Below, in pieces: positions 17,867-29,200 of a stretch of DNA of 64,000 bases (within the stretch, counting starts at the first letter, position 1; each line of letters opens with the position of its first letter). Origin of the DNA: an uncultured Chthonomonadaceae bacterium (lineage in GTDB: Bacteria; Armatimonadota; Chthonomonadetes; Chthonomonadales; Chthonomonadaceae); contig CAWIEK010000068.1 in the NCBI GenBank assembly GCA_963835065.1, positions 1-64,000 on the forward strand, written 5' to 3'. The position numbers and the translations under genes were made by a program. The notes below the pieces were generated by a model that saw nothing but the letters and a program-made list of their open reading frames with translations, made no database searches and was not told the origin of the DNA.

Positions 17867-20800
17867 CTCGCCCGGTGGGAAGGTGAACTGCGCGGCTTCG
17901 GCGACGAGGGGCGCGGGATCGTTGCGGTAGGCTTGCAGGCGGGCACGGCGTTCGTCTGTCCATCCGGTGGCGCCTCTGGCCTGCGCGATGAGGGCGGCGA
18001 GGGCCAGACGGCGAATGTAGCGATCCTCACTGCCGGAAAGCGCCTGTTCCAGTTCCTCCAGTTTAGCATCAGGGCGGTTGGCTTGCAGATGCGCCATCCA
18101 GTAGTTCGCGGTCGTATGCAGAATATCAGCATGAAGGGCGCGCGTTGCGGCCATCTGCTCGATTGTGGCAATGATTTCCTCGGTGGCAAGCGCCTGCATA
18201 GTCACTCCCATGCGCAGATTGCCGGTGAGCGGGTCAGGTTGTAGCGCGTCCAGAACGGCGCGGGCAGTCGGCAACAGGCGGGAACGGTTGACGGCAATCT
18301 GCGCATTCAGGGCTGTCACCAGCGTTTGCAGGGCGCGGCGGTTGGGAAGCAGTTCCCGGACGGTTTCACCGACAAGACCCGCGTCGCGTCCTGTATACGT
18401 CATAAAGGCGGCGGTGGACGCGGCTTTTTGTTCATCCCCGACAGGCGAGCGGACGGACTGCAAAAAGTGCGGCAATAGGCGGTGTTCCCGATCCGTGACA
18501 GGCAGGGTTGCGCAGCGATTCAGCGTGTCCAGACGAACGCGGGCATCCGGGTGTTGGAGTAACAGGGCGAGGACGCCGATCAGCCGAAGTTGGGCGAATT
18601 CGGCCAAGCCGGTTGCGGGGATGCGGCTGACATGAGCGGCAACGGCGGCTTCGGGACTGCGGGCAGCGTTGTCCAGTTTGTCCCACGTCGCGTCACGCTC
18701 CAGAAATTGCCAGAACGCGCGCAGCAGGGCGATTCGGGCGTCCCGGTGCAGGTCGCGCGCTTCCAACAAAAGCAATTCCTGATATGCGGCTTCGGTTTTC
18801 AGGTCGCCGAGCAGCCGAATCACCTCTTTGGCAACCGTCACTTTTTCCATTGGCATCCCGCGCAGCAGTTCCATCGCGCGGCTTGCAGGCATTTGCAGCA
18901 GTGCGCGACGCAGAGCGTAAATGGCGATACGGCCCCGGTCATCTCCCATCACTTCCAATAAAGCAGGGATGCCCGCACCGCTGTCCAGTTTCGCCAGGGC
19001 GCGCAGGGCGGCGTCACGAACGGCGAGGGTTTTGTTCTCAAGCCGCGCCAGATGTGCCAGCCGTTGTGGAAACACGGCTGGCAGGGCGGCAAGTTGGGTA
19101 ATTACCGCGTGAAGTGAAGGCGTATCGCGGCCTCTGTCCCATGTCACTTCCGTCAGGACACGGGCGAAAACCTGCTGCTGTGTGGCGGTCCAGCGTTCAA
19201 AACCCTTGGTGAGAGGCAGGACAAAGCGCGTACTGCCCGTTGAAAAGCGGCCTTTGTACGCTTGAAAACCCAAAAACGGGGTGAGTAAATCCTGCCGATG
19301 CCGATGCAGGTAGGTATACACGACCGGGCGCGTAGCCCAACTCGGATCGGCGGCAATCAGGGCAGGCACAAGCTGTGCCAGCCGTTCGCGCCGATGTTTT
19401 GCCAGCAGGTTCAGCGCGGTTTCCGACTGATGCTGCGCAGCCGGGGTCTGCGCTATCCGCTCCAATATAATCGCCAGTTCATCGAACACGCGCAAGCGCC
19501 GCCCGATACTGCCGGCCAATCGCAGCAGAGCATTCCAGCCTTCGCGTGTTTCCCATTCGTGCAGCACGGGCAGCAGAATGGGCACAAGCGTTCGCGTGTC
19601 GCTGTCGGAAAGCCGGTTTTCCAGTTTCGCAATGTGCAGCGTGCCCAATTCTTTTGCCAGTGTCGCCATCCATCCGGCGGACCAGTGCGGAGTGAACTTC
19701 AGCAAATTGACAACTAAAATCTTCATTGCGATTGCGCTTGCAGGAGAGAGGTCGGCGGCATCCAGTCCGCTGCGCAAAATTTGGGCAAGGTCGTCCAGAT
19801 GTTCCGGCTTCCAAATGCCCGGCGGCAGTCCAGTAAGGCTGGAAAGCATGGCAAGCCGAACCGAGTCCTGCTCGTTTTTACGCGCCGTTTGAATTTCCAG
19901 CAGGTCGGATAAGTGGCTGCGGCAGTAGCGAACCGCGTTGGCAAGGGCGCTATGGGCGAGAACGCGCAAGTCGGGGTCGGGATTGCGCAAGAACGGATCG
20001 AGGATTTGCCGCGCCTCGTCCCAAGGCAGAAACGCGGCATAAGGCAGGCGTTCGGCAGGACGCGGAGCCAGCGCGGGCAAATTCAGGTGTCGCCGCGCTT
20101 CCCGCTCGCGCAAGTCCCGCGACAATCCGCCGACAATCCAGTCGGGAACGCAGCCATCCTGATTCTGCCAGCCTCGCCCGAATTGCGCGAACAGGCGATC
20201 CCGTACTTCGGGAGTGAGACGACGCTGAAAAATGTGGCTGAGGAGATGTGTCTGAGCGCCATAGCGTTCAAGAAGGGCTGTGGCGCGTTCGGCATCGAGG
20301 CGCGGCAGCAGGCGCGGCAATGGCAGCATGGGGCGAGATTGGCTGCGCAGCACAAGGTGGGCGATTTCACTCGGCAGGAAGGAAGCTAAACGCTGAAACT
20401 GCAAATGGGTCAGGGGAACATGGCGCAGCAGAGTTTGTATTAGTATCAACGTGGCCTGCGGGCGCGTTTCCGCCGTAAAAGGCAGGACGGCATTGGCGCG
20501 GTACGTCAATCCGGCATCCGGGCTGTCGGCGCGTTCCGCCTGCGCCTGCAAGGTTTCCAGCGCAATATCGGGATGAAAACGGGCAAGCCGCGTCCAATGA
20601 TAGGCTGCAAAACGTTCCACAACCTGCGGCAGCAGGTCACGCGCCCTTTGCGCGGAACCGAACGGCAGGCACTCGCGCAAGCCGTCCTCGTCCTTGCGCG
20701 CTGCCATTGCTTGCAGACACGCTTCGATTACGTCATGGCGGTCATGCTTGTGCAGACCGAGCAACAGATTACGCCACCGTTTCGGCTGAATGCTGTCCAG

Positions 20801-21079
20801 CGCGGCAACAATTTGCTCGCTCGCGCCGATCTGCGTTAAAATAGCCGCCGCGCTCCGGCGTATCAGTTGCGATCCGTCCGTCAGCATCCGCAGGGCGCGT
20901 TCCCCGTTGCGGCTGCCATAGCATGAGTGCAGCGCCAGCCAGCGCAAATCAAAATCGCCCTGCTCCATCTCGTCGAACAGGGGGGTGTTTTCCGCCTGCT
21001 GTCCCAGCGCAATGATGCGTTTCATGCGCCCACTGTACGGCAGCGTTTCCAATTCCGCCTGCAATTCCGCTAAGTTCAT
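17858..21079 (-). CDS. Large HEAT/ARM-repeat protein
   Basis: ~1070 aa, L/A/R-rich helical repeats (NPDPDLRVLA, HPDARVRLDTL, DPAPLVAEAA). Confidence 0.75.
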   Translation of the reverse strand: MNLAELQAELETLPYSGRMKRIIALGQQAENTPLFDEMEQGDFDLRWLALHSCYGSRNGERALRMLTDGSQLIRRSAAAILTQIGASEQIVAALDSIQPKRWRNLLLGLHKHDRHDVIEACLQAMAARKDEDGLRECLPFGSAQRARDLLPQVVERFAAYHWTRLARFHPDIALETLQAQAERADSPDAGLTYRANAVLPFTAETRPQATLILIQTLLRHVPLTHLQFQRLASFLPSEIAHLVLRSQSRPMLPLPRLLPRLDAERATALLERYGAQTHLLSHIFQRRLTPEVRDRLFAQFGRGWQNQDGCVPDWIVGGLSRDLREREARRHLNLPALAPRPAERLPYAAFLPWDEARQILDPFLRNPDPDLRVLAHSALANAVRYCRSHLSDLLEIQTARKNEQDSVRLAMLSSLTGLPPGIWKPEHLDDLAQILRSGLDAADLSPASAIAMKILVVNLLKFTPHWSAGWMATLAKELGTLHIAKLENRLSDSDTRTLVPILLPVLHEWETREGWNALLRLAGSIGRRLRVFDELAIILERIAQTPAAQHQSETALNLLAKHRRERLAQLVPALIAADPSWATRPVVYTYLHRHRQDLLTPFLGFQAYKGRFSTGSTRFVLPLTKGFERWTATQQQVFARVLTEVTWDRGRDTPSLHAVITQLAALPAVFPQRLAHLARLENKTLAVRDAALRALAKLDSGAGIPALLEVMGDDRGRIAIYALRRALLQMPASRAMELLRGMPMEKVTVAKEVIRLLGDLKTEAAYQELLLLEARDLHRDARIALLRAFWQFLERDATWDKLDNAARSPEAAVAAHVSRIPATGLAEFAQLRLIGVLALLLQHPDARVRLDTLNRCATLPVTDREHRLLPHFLQSVRSPVGDEQKAASTAAFMTYTGRDAGLVGETVRELLPNRRALQTLVTALNAQIAVNRSRLLPTARAVLDALQPDPLTGNLRMGVTMQALATEEIIATIEQMAATRALHADILHTTANYWMAHLQANRPDAKLEELEQALSGSEDRYIRRLALAALIAQARGATGWTDERRARLQAYRNDPAPLVAEAAQFTFPPGEEN

Positions 21080-21177
21080 TCCGTTTTCACCTGGTTCTGT
21101 TTTCTGTCGTTTTGCTCCTTCTCTTTGACTTGCCAACCCACCCATAAGTTGCAGGCAAACAAATGCTCAGGCAAACG

Positions 21178-21284
21178 CTATAGCCGCGTCAGCGCGTTCA
21201 GAATTGCGTCGGCATCGTGCAAAGCGCGTTGCGCCTTATTTTGCAAGTTCTCCACTTCAGCATCGTAATCTGCTCAAATGGCAT
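21178..21284 (-). pseudogene. HEPN-like toxin relic, internally deleted
   Basis: ATG CCA TTT (MPF) overlapping the upstream stop, then out-of-frame ADYDAEVENLQNKAQRALHDADAILNAL*. Confidence 0.5.
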
Positions 21285-21636
21285 CAACAATCTCCATGTC
21301 CAGGCTGAGTTTGCCCTGCGTCCTGCGCAAAGCGGTTCGCCACCAGCCACTATCCAGAGCGCGGAGTTTGCTCAAGCCTTCCTCCTGTGTCTCCTGCGTC
21401 AGAATGATGATAAACAGTTGCGCATCTGCGGCTTCGGGGTCGTGGCTAACTTCCAGCGTCAGGCAGAAATCCACGCCAAAAACGCACTGAATGTGAGTCG
21501 GCGCTTCGAGCAGCAGAGGCAGCAGAAAGGAATGAACATTGACAAACTCAATCGTTTCCTCTACGTTGCGCAAAGTATAGTGTTGTGCCAGTACACGCCT
21601 ATCAAGTACCGGCGGGGCAATCGCTGAAACAGTCAT
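21274..21636 (-). CDS. Putative antitoxin (HEPN-associated type)
   Basis: 120 aa, GGAGG RBS, LEVSHDPE..LFIII..LD.GWW pattern; adjacent HEPN-like relic. Confidence 0.55.
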   Translation of the reverse strand: MTVSAIAPPVLDRRVLAQHYTLRNVEETIEFVNVHSFLLPLLLEAPTHIQCVFGVDFCLTLEVSHDPEAADAQLFIIILTQETQEEGLSKLRALDSGWWRTALRRTQGKLSLDMEIVDAI

Positions 21637-21651
21637 GACAAGCCTCCTTCC

Positions 21652-21841
21652 TCGCCCAACTTGAACCTCATTGAGCGCTTAGGGAAGTTGTGCAAGAAGA
21701 CGGTGTTGGTCCCGTTCTATGCCACCTACGCGCAGTTCACGCAGGCGATTGATGCCTTCTTCCACAACCTGCCGCGCTACAGGAGCGAGTTAGCTACCCT
21801 GATGACCGAGAACTTCGAGATGCTCACCTGCCGATAGTATA
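21652..21841 (+). mobile_element. IS630-family transposase C-terminal relic with right end
   Basis: Frame from 21652 reads SPNLNLIERL..ELATLMTENF..*, followed by TATA. Confidence 0.8.
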
Positions 21842-21944
21842 ACTGGTGGTTGGTGGTTGGTGATTGGTGGCTGGCATTGTCTTCCAGGTAACTCCCGGTG
21901 CAGGGCTGTTCTAAAGGTTTTGTTACTTGGAAGACAAGGCTTTT

Positions 21945-22760
21945 TTATTGTGGGCTGAGGGGCGTTAGTTTCGTGACGAGTTTCGCGCCTTCGGGCGGCG
22001 TATATTTGAAGACGGCGGCATCTATGGGCTTGTTGATCTGTACGTCCTGAATCTCTTCCGTCACGGAAGAGTCCACCTTCGTCGCCTTCTGCACGATCTT
22101 CACAATCCGGTGCGTGGCGGCATCCGCGTAAATGGTCATGGTCGCGTTGGGGTTGGTGATGACAACCGACTGACACGCCTTGCCATTCTCCTGCGTTTTT
22201 GCCCCCATCTTCGCCTGCGCAAGAACTACGTCCATATCCTTATCCGCCAGAACATCGCCCTGCAACGCCAGCGCAATGAGGTACGTTCCCTGCGGCTCGA
22301 AAAGCACGTCGTCTACGATGTTTATACCCTTATACGCGGCGGGAGCGGCGGATTTGGTATACTCGCTCGTGGCTTCGCCCTGCCGATAGTTGAGGAGCGT
22401 TTTGCCGTCACTGGCGACGGCGGCAATGCCGTTTTTGTCGGACTTGAACACGAACTTGTTGGGGCGTTCCAGCGCGAGGGTAAATTTCTGCACCTGTTTT
22501 TGCTCACCCTGCGGGAGCGTTACCTGCCGCGTATACACGGCGGTATGCTGATACGACTTCAGGTTCTGGTACGCGGCGGCGATTTGCTTGTAAAACGCGG
22601 CCACCTCAGGGTCCATCTGAAGTTTGTTGTCCGGCTTTGCCGGCGCGTCCTTTTGGCCTGGCGGCTCGGCCTGCGCGTGGCTGATGTGGCTGACACAAAC
22701 CCCGGAAATCGTTGCCGTTGCCAGCAATGCGCCGGTCAGAAACAAAGAGTTACGTCTCAT
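21945..22760 (-). CDS. Secreted LolA-like/DUF2092 protein
   Basis: Signal peptide, LALERPNKF, SDGKT, FKYTPPEGAK. Confidence 0.8.
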   Translation of the reverse strand: MRRNSLFLTGALLATATISGVCVSHISHAQAEPPGQKDAPAKPDNKLQMDPEVAAFYKQIAAAYQNLKSYQHTAVYTRQVTLPQGEQKQVQKFTLALERPNKFVFKSDKNGIAAVASDGKTLLNYRQGEATSEYTKSAAPAAYKGINIVDDVLFEPQGTYLIALALQGDVLADKDMDVVLAQAKMGAKTQENGKACQSVVITNPNATMTIYADAATHRIVKIVQKATKVDSSVTEEIQDVQINKPIDAAVFKYTPPEGAKLVTKLTPLSPQ

Positions 22761-22789
22761 TCTCGCTTTTCTTTCCTCTCGCCGCTAAA

Positions 22790-22916
22790 CAGTTGATAGT
22801 TCGTAGTTCCTGCGCCTCTATCAACTATCAACTATTAACTGCTTAGGGCATGAGCGTGTGCGGCGTCTGCGGACACATCAACATTCTATCAACTATCAAC
22901 TATCAACTATCAACTG
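22790..22916. repeat. CTATCAA heptamer tandem repeats
   Basis: Two CTATCAA tracts plus a short complementary arm. Confidence 0.8.
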
Positions 22917-22917
22917 C

Positions 22918-23829
22918 TTAGTGTGCCACAGCGACGGCATCCAATCCATGCTTCGGCAAGCCGACGACCTGCCGCGCGTTTTTGGGCAGCTTGTACTCGA
23001 ACGTATTGGGCGGCAGCGGCTTGTCAATCAAAACGTTCTCGATAATCTCCACCACTTTGTAGCTTAACTGTTTCGGATTATCTTCGTCCATCACGCTTTC
23101 GATGGTTTTGTGCAGCAGGTGCGTACTCGCGTCGAAGTAGAATTCAATCGAATTTTCACGGAATGGCGCTTCATGCTCCTGAAACGGCACACTCAGCACA
23201 TCGAACTTTTTGCCGTTTTCCTCGACGCCCGTTCGCAGTTTGGCTTTTGCCAGTCCCGCTCTTACTTCCTTGTCCGCCATCACGTCACCCTGAAGCATGA
23301 GCGCGACGAAGTACGTTCCATACGTGAACGTCACGTCGTCCACGATGTTGATGTCCTTAAAGGTGGCCGGCGCGGTGACTTTGGTGTAATACGTGTGTTC
23401 GCGCTCATCGGGTGTGTGGTCAATGCGGTGGTTGATAAACGTTTTGCCGTCGCAGATCGCCGCGCTCAGTCGCGTCGAGTCGGACTTGTAGCAGAATTTG
23501 TTGGGGCGTTCCATTGCCAGCGTGAAAACAACGGGTTTCGACGGCTCTCCGTCTGGGGCTGCCCCTTTTTTGAAGTATTCGGAGTTCTGCCGGTACGACT
23601 TCATGGCGGCATACAGCGCGGTAGAGCGCTTAATCAGCGCGGCCACTTCGGGTTTGGGCGCAGCCGCTTCCGCATCGGAAGCCGTCGGCTCCGGGTTTTG
23701 CAGCAAAACGCGCGGACGAACATCAGCGCGTACATCGGCGCGCGCAGCGCCCATGCGATTTGTAAACCCACTCGTTCCCAATGTCAGCGCTACAACGCAC
23801 CCGGCGGCACAAAGGCTAATACGCATCAA
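22918..23829 (-). CDS. Secreted LolA-like/DUF2092 protein (tandem paralogue)
   Basis: Signal peptide, LAMERPNKF, CDGKT, FEYKLPKNA; shares INIVDDV and LQGDV blocks with its neighbour. Confidence 0.8.
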   Translation of the reverse strand: MMRISLCAAGCVVALTLGTSGFTNRMGAARADVRADVRPRVLLQNPEPTASDAEAAAPKPEVAALIKRSTALYAAMKSYRQNSEYFKKGAAPDGEPSKPVVFTLAMERPNKFCYKSDSTRLSAAICDGKTFINHRIDHTPDEREHTYYTKVTAPATFKDINIVDDVTFTYGTYFVALMLQGDVMADKEVRAGLAKAKLRTGVEENGKKFDVLSVPFQEHEAPFRENSIEFYFDASTHLLHKTIESVMDEDNPKQLSYKVVEIIENVLIDKPLPPNTFEYKLPKNARQVVGLPKHGLDAVAVAH

Positions 23830-23937
23830 ATTCTCTCCTTACAGCGACACTCCCGCGCCCGTTTTCTGCTTATACGCGCAAGACACCTTTCTTATTCCAC
23901 ACTGCTTTCAAAATTCCTTTTTTGCCGGATGTTTTCC

Positions 23938-25224
23938 TTACAATTGCTGTCTCAAAGCCTCTATTGACGCGCCATAATGGACCGATTCAGGGTGACTGGC
24001 GATAATTTCCTCCATACGCTGGAGCCAATTTGCCGATTCCGCAGAGCGATTTATCCTTGCCAACGCCTGCGCTCCCGTCAGCAGAAACGGCAGGCGTTCC
24101 CGGAGCGGTTGTCCCAGGCTCAGGTACGCGCTGCATTCCTCAAGGGCTTCGCTGCCGCGCCCGGCTGCCAACAGCGCTCTGGCATAATCGCCGCGCCGCC
24201 ACCAGGGTTCCGAATCATCTACACTTTCGGCTATGCGAATGGCCTGCCTGCTCAACGCGAAAGCCGACTCAGCCTCTCCCATTTTCAGCAGGTATAAGGC
24301 GAGTTCGCTCTGCATCCAGGCGCGATACTCGGTACGCTCTCGGAGAAACGGGTTGTCTACCCACTCCCGCAATATCTTTACGGCGCGTTCCGGCCTGGAA
24401 ATAGGCCCGCCCACACCTGCAATCCGTGACGCCGCAATCACGCCGGCGGACCAGCCTATGTCATCGCGGAACCCGGCGCGCGCCAACTGATGAAGGCGCT
24501 TCACATACGCGGCGGCTTCGGCGAAGCGTTGGTGGTCTACCAGAAAACGCGCATGGCAGCCATAAGCGTAACTTAATTCAAACTTCGCCGCTTCCTCTCG
24601 CTGCGAGAAATGCCAGAGCTGCGCTTCGAGCGCTAGGAATTCCACGTCCGCCAGCGAGGAGTAAAACAGATTGTTCGCAACGATTGCGCGCGCCGCCTCG
24701 CGATCCATCCTGGCCCCCGCAGATGGATTGGCCTTCACCAACCCCCGCGTGAGCGCAATCAACTCGGCTTCCTGCGCGTGAAGCGCGAAGCACAACGCAT
24801 GCAGGCGCTCACTTGAAGGCCAGTCTTCCGACCGCTCCCACCGGGCAAGCGTTCCCTGCGCAATGCCGATTCGCGTTGCCGTTGCCTGCTGCGTCCATCC
24901 CTGCCGCAATCGCATGGCGCGGAGCAGGTCGCCGCGTACCGGGGGAGATTCGCCCGCCACTTCGCGCAATCGCTGCACGGCGCGGGGCGCTTCGATATGG
25001 GCGAGAGCCTCCTGCCGCTGCCCCTGCGAGACTTCCAGCGCGGTCAACACCGCTTCCAATTCCGCCATGCGCGGCTGCGTTTCTCCCGCTTCCCAGCGCG
25101 TCAGGGTCGTTCGGCTGATTCCGGCTTGACGGCATACATTTTCTCGCGTCAGTTTTTTAGGCTTGCGCCACGCTTTCAGCAGTTCCCCAACATGGCTGGT
25201 CATCTTACCTGCTCCAATCTGCAA
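23938..25224 (-). CDS. Tandem XRE-HTH regulator with TPR-like C-terminus
   Basis: Two HTH_XRE repeats (GISRTTLTRWEAG; GIAQGTLARWER). Confidence 0.85.
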   Translation of the reverse strand: MQIGAGKMTSHVGELLKAWRKPKKLTRENVCRQAGISRTTLTRWEAGETQPRMAELEAVLTALEVSQGQRQEALAHIEAPRAVQRLREVAGESPPVRGDLLRAMRLRQGWTQQATATRIGIAQGTLARWERSEDWPSSERLHALCFALHAQEAELIALTRGLVKANPSAGARMDREAARAIVANNLFYSSLADVEFLALEAQLWHFSQREEAAKFELSYAYGCHARFLVDHQRFAEAAAYVKRLHQLARAGFRDDIGWSAGVIAASRIAGVGGPISRPERAVKILREWVDNPFLRERTEYRAWMQSELALYLLKMGEAESAFALSRQAIRIAESVDDSEPWWRRGDYARALLAAGRGSEALEECSAYLSLGQPLRERLPFLLTGAQALARINRSAESANWLQRMEEIIASHPESVHYGASIEALRQQL

Positions 25225-25445
25225 ATCTGATCCTGCAAAGAAGACAATAAGAGTTTCGATCAGTTGGTATGCGCTAGTTTTGAAAACACGGCTGCGGGCA
25301 TCAAGGCAGCGCTTTCATCAGGAATGACGCACTTTCGCGTATAACGCTCCTGCCCTCTGGTGTGCCCATCCGCTTTATAGTATACTCTCAATCCCTACAA
25401 ATGAATTATCACTTGTTAGTTCTGAAGATAAAGAAAGGTCATTCT

Positions 25446-26168
25446 ATGTACAAAAAGCTTGCCGTACTTGTGTGCGTCCTCGTCTGCCTGATAGGAGCAA
25501 AAAGCGTCCGCGCCCAGTCCCTCTTCTACAACAATTCCATAGACGATTTTTTCTACTCTCCGGTTGGCGTGGAAATCGCCATGCCCGTCGCTTTTTCCGG
25601 CTCCTACGAGGTGGACAGTTTCACCTTCGGCTACTTCCTGCCACTCAACAGTCCTAACGGCCCGACCACCGATGCGATTGTCAACTTTTATACCGCCGCG
25701 CAGCCGTTGGGGGATGCCTACAGCGGCTACGACCCTGTGCAGGGCTATTTCCCCAATCTCGTCTCGTCCACGCGCCTGACGAACCTGCCCTCTGACCCTA
25801 CGGGCGCAACCAACATCGTCCATTATGACCTGACGCCCTTCGGCGACTTCTTCCAGTGGGACGCCGCGCTGCTTGCCACCGGGGAGACCGGCGGTTGGGT
25901 CAGCCTCCAGTTCACCAACCCCGATGCCGGTTGGGAAAACGCGCGAGGCGACAGCCAGGATGATGTTTTTCAGGACATGACCAACGGCAGTTTCTTCGAC
26001 TTTGGCGGCTCGCCGCAGGCAGCCTTCTACCTTCAATTGTACGGGCAAAATTTGACCCCGCAAGCCCCGCCGCCGGATGTTCCTGAGCCGGGCATCGCCG
26101 CGCTGCTTGTCGGGCTTCTGGCGCCCGGCAGCCTGCTCTGCCTGTGGCGTCGCAATCGTCGTGGCTAA
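25446..26168 (+). CDS. PEP-CTERM exported protein
   Basis: Signal peptide; VPEPGIAALLVGLL..WRRNRR tail. Confidence 0.9.
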   Translation: MYKKLAVLVCVLVCLIGAKSVRAQSLFYNNSIDDFFYSPVGVEIAMPVAFSGSYEVDSFTFGYFLPLNSPNGPTTDAIVNFYTAAQPLGDAYSGYDPVQGYFPNLVSSTRLTNLPSDPTGATNIVHYDLTPFGDFFQWDAALLATGETGGWVSLQFTNPDAGWENARGDSQDDVFQDMTNGSFFDFGGSPQAAFYLQLYGQNLTPQAPPPDVPEPGIAALLVGLLAPGSLLCLWRRNRRG

Positions 26169-26233
26169 GAACGGACAGGGGCCACAGTCCCTGAGAATCA
26201 CGCCTCATTCCACATTCATCAAAAGGAAGTACC

Positions 26234-29200
26234 ATGAACTCAACATCATTATCCCGGATGCTCGGCGCCTCCCTGGCCCTGACCGGGTTGCTCCTGCCGC
26301 TGGCAGGGCAAGCAGGGGGAACCCACCGTATGGCTAAATTGCACGGCCATGCGGCGGCAAAATCCAAACGAAAACCAACGGCACATAGCGTCGCCAACAA
26401 AAGCGTTCCCTTGTCCGCGCTGGACAGAATGGCTTTGGCTCATGCCGCCAGACGCGCCGCCATCGCGCGTAACGCGAAAGGGTTAGAAAGAGATAAGCGG
26501 GAAGAGAAAGATGGAGACGAGGAGCGCGAAGGCAAAGAAAAGAACCCGCGCGGCATGACGGGCGGCGAATACTTCCTGTGGCAGATACGCGCCTGGCCCA
26601 ACAACTTCATTGATCCGACAGCCTTTGACCGCGCCGTAGCCCAACGGTCGCGTATGCCTGCGGGCTATATCGGCTATGCGCAGAGCAGCCACAAGGGCAT
26701 CGGCATCCAATCCCTCTTTCCCAGCGCCACGTGGTCGTTCGTCGGCCCCATCAACTGGTATCCCACCAGCCAGCGCGCCTACTATGGCCCGGAGTCCATG
26801 AACGGACATCTGGAGGGCATCGTTGTTGATCCCACCAACCGCCTGATACTCTATGTCGCGTCGGTAACGGGCGGCGTTTTCAAGACCACGGATGGCGGCG
26901 TTACCTGGAAAGCGCAGTCGAATAACTGGCTGTACCTCAGCACTAACACGCTCGCCATTGATCCCAAAAACCATTTGACCGTGTATGCGGGAACAGCCAA
27001 CTCGCCGACCGGTTCTGGCAATGCCATCGGACTGATGAAAACAACGGACGGTGGCTTGAACTGGACCAATATCGGCGCGGACAAAGATTCGAACGGCAAC
27101 TATCTCTATTTTGCCGGTATGAATGTCAGCAGGGTTTTGGTGGACCCGACGAACTCCAATAGCGTTACCGTTCTGACGACAGCCAACGGCATTGGATCGA
27201 ATATCTGGAATTCGACAGATGGCGGCAAGACCTGGAGCAAAAAAATAGGTGGCTTCAACGTTGACACCAACGACCCCTCGCAAGGCTTCTACGACGCGAC
27301 CTGGATGGATGGCGTTGTCACCAAAAGCGGCAACTACCTTGCGGCAGGAAATTCCTTCACGGCAGCCTCGAACTTTCTGCTGTATAGCTCCACCGATCAG
27401 GGAAAGACCTGGGCGCAGCTGCCCAATGCTCCTATCGCTCCAACCACAACACCACGGGCCAAGGGGGTACGGCTGGCCGTCTCAGCGGTTGACAACAACA
27501 CTGTCTATCTGATCTACGCCTACACCGACCACGTTACCCTTTTCAAGACGATGAACAATGGCAACAGTTGGACCGACATTACCGCCAGTACGGGGTTAAA
27601 CAGCGGTTTCCTGACCGGCGCACAACTGAATCAAGTGCCCTACGACTACTATCTGGGCTGTTCCAAACGGACAGTGAGCGGGGTGGCGAAGGATGTCCTG
27701 TACCTGGGGCTGAAAAACGTGTATCAACAGGTGCAGAACGTAGGCAGCACCACCTGGGTGAATTTCGGCGACGCGGATGGCGATAACTCCAACACGCACT
27801 CCGACCAGCACAATATCGCCTTCGATCCCACCAACCCGGATCGGGGCTGGCTTTGCAACGATGGCGGCATCTACCAATTCTACTCCAGTCCTACACCCGG
27901 AGTGGCAGCCACCTTCCTGTCGCTCAACGATAGCTTGCAGACGACGCAGTTTTACAATACGGCCTACCATCCTACCAATTCGACCATCATGATCGGCGGG
28001 TCGCAGGACAACGGCACGGCAGGTGCCTTCGGCGACCTGAACTCCTGGCAGATGCCCACAGGAGGGGATGCCTTCAACGTGCTGATCAATCCGCAGAATC
28101 CGCAGACGATGTACAGCACCTACACCAACGGTTCCATATCGCGAACAGACGACATGTATCAATCGGGCAGGTACGAGATTGCGCCTGACCTGACCAGTGC
28201 GGGCGTTGGCTCGGTCGCCTTCGTGACTCCGTTGGCGATGGATGTTACCCATCCCAACTTCGTCTATACGGCGGGACAAAAACTCGGTCGCTACGATGCC
28301 ACGAAACCTTTGGAGTCGGCCTGGACCTATTTCCCGACTGTCCTTACAACAAGCCAGGCGACTACGCTGGCCGTTTCGTCCGCGAATGGCAGCCGCATCT
28401 ATGTTGCCACCAAAGACGGCAAATTGCTGACGACGGGGGACGGCGGCACAACCTTGGTCACGCTCAAGGCAGGCAACGCGAACGATGCGCTGCCCATCAA
28501 TAACGTCGGAGCCATCCTGCCCGACCCCGCCAACGCCAACGCCGTACTGGTCGGCATCAGTGGGGTCAATGTCCCCGGCCATCTCTACTACTGCGCGGAT
28601 GTCACCGCTGCGGTTCCAACCTGGACTAACCTGAGCGGAGCCAATGCAACTGCGCTGCCGGACGCGGCCCTGAACACCATCGCCATTGACCCGGCGGATG
28701 CCAATATCCTGTATGTCGGAGATGATGTCGGCGTCTTCCAGTCCTCAGATCGCGGTCAGACCTGGGCCAATGCCACCGCGCCGCTCGGCCTTCCCAACGT
28801 GATGGTCACGGACCTGAAAGCCATGCCTCTGCAGGGCTATCTTTATGCCGGAACCTTCGGGCGCGGCATCTACCGCATCCGCATCCGCAACAACGATCCC
28901 TTATCGGGTCTGCTGTTCAACCCGGAGCGCGTCAATGGCGGACAGCCCATTGCGGGAACGGTGCTATTGGGAAGCCCTGCGCCGACGGGCGGCACAACCG
29001 TGACACTGACCAGCAGCGTACCGGCAACCGCCAGCGTACCGGCAACAATCAATGTGCCGCAGGGACAGAGCCAGGCCGGTTTCACCATCACAACCAGCCC
29101 GGTGAGCTTCACGACGCCCGTGAACATCACCGCCTCCATCGGCGCAGGAGCGGGACAGACCAAAGTCGGCACGATCACGGTTCTATCAGGAACGGTTCTG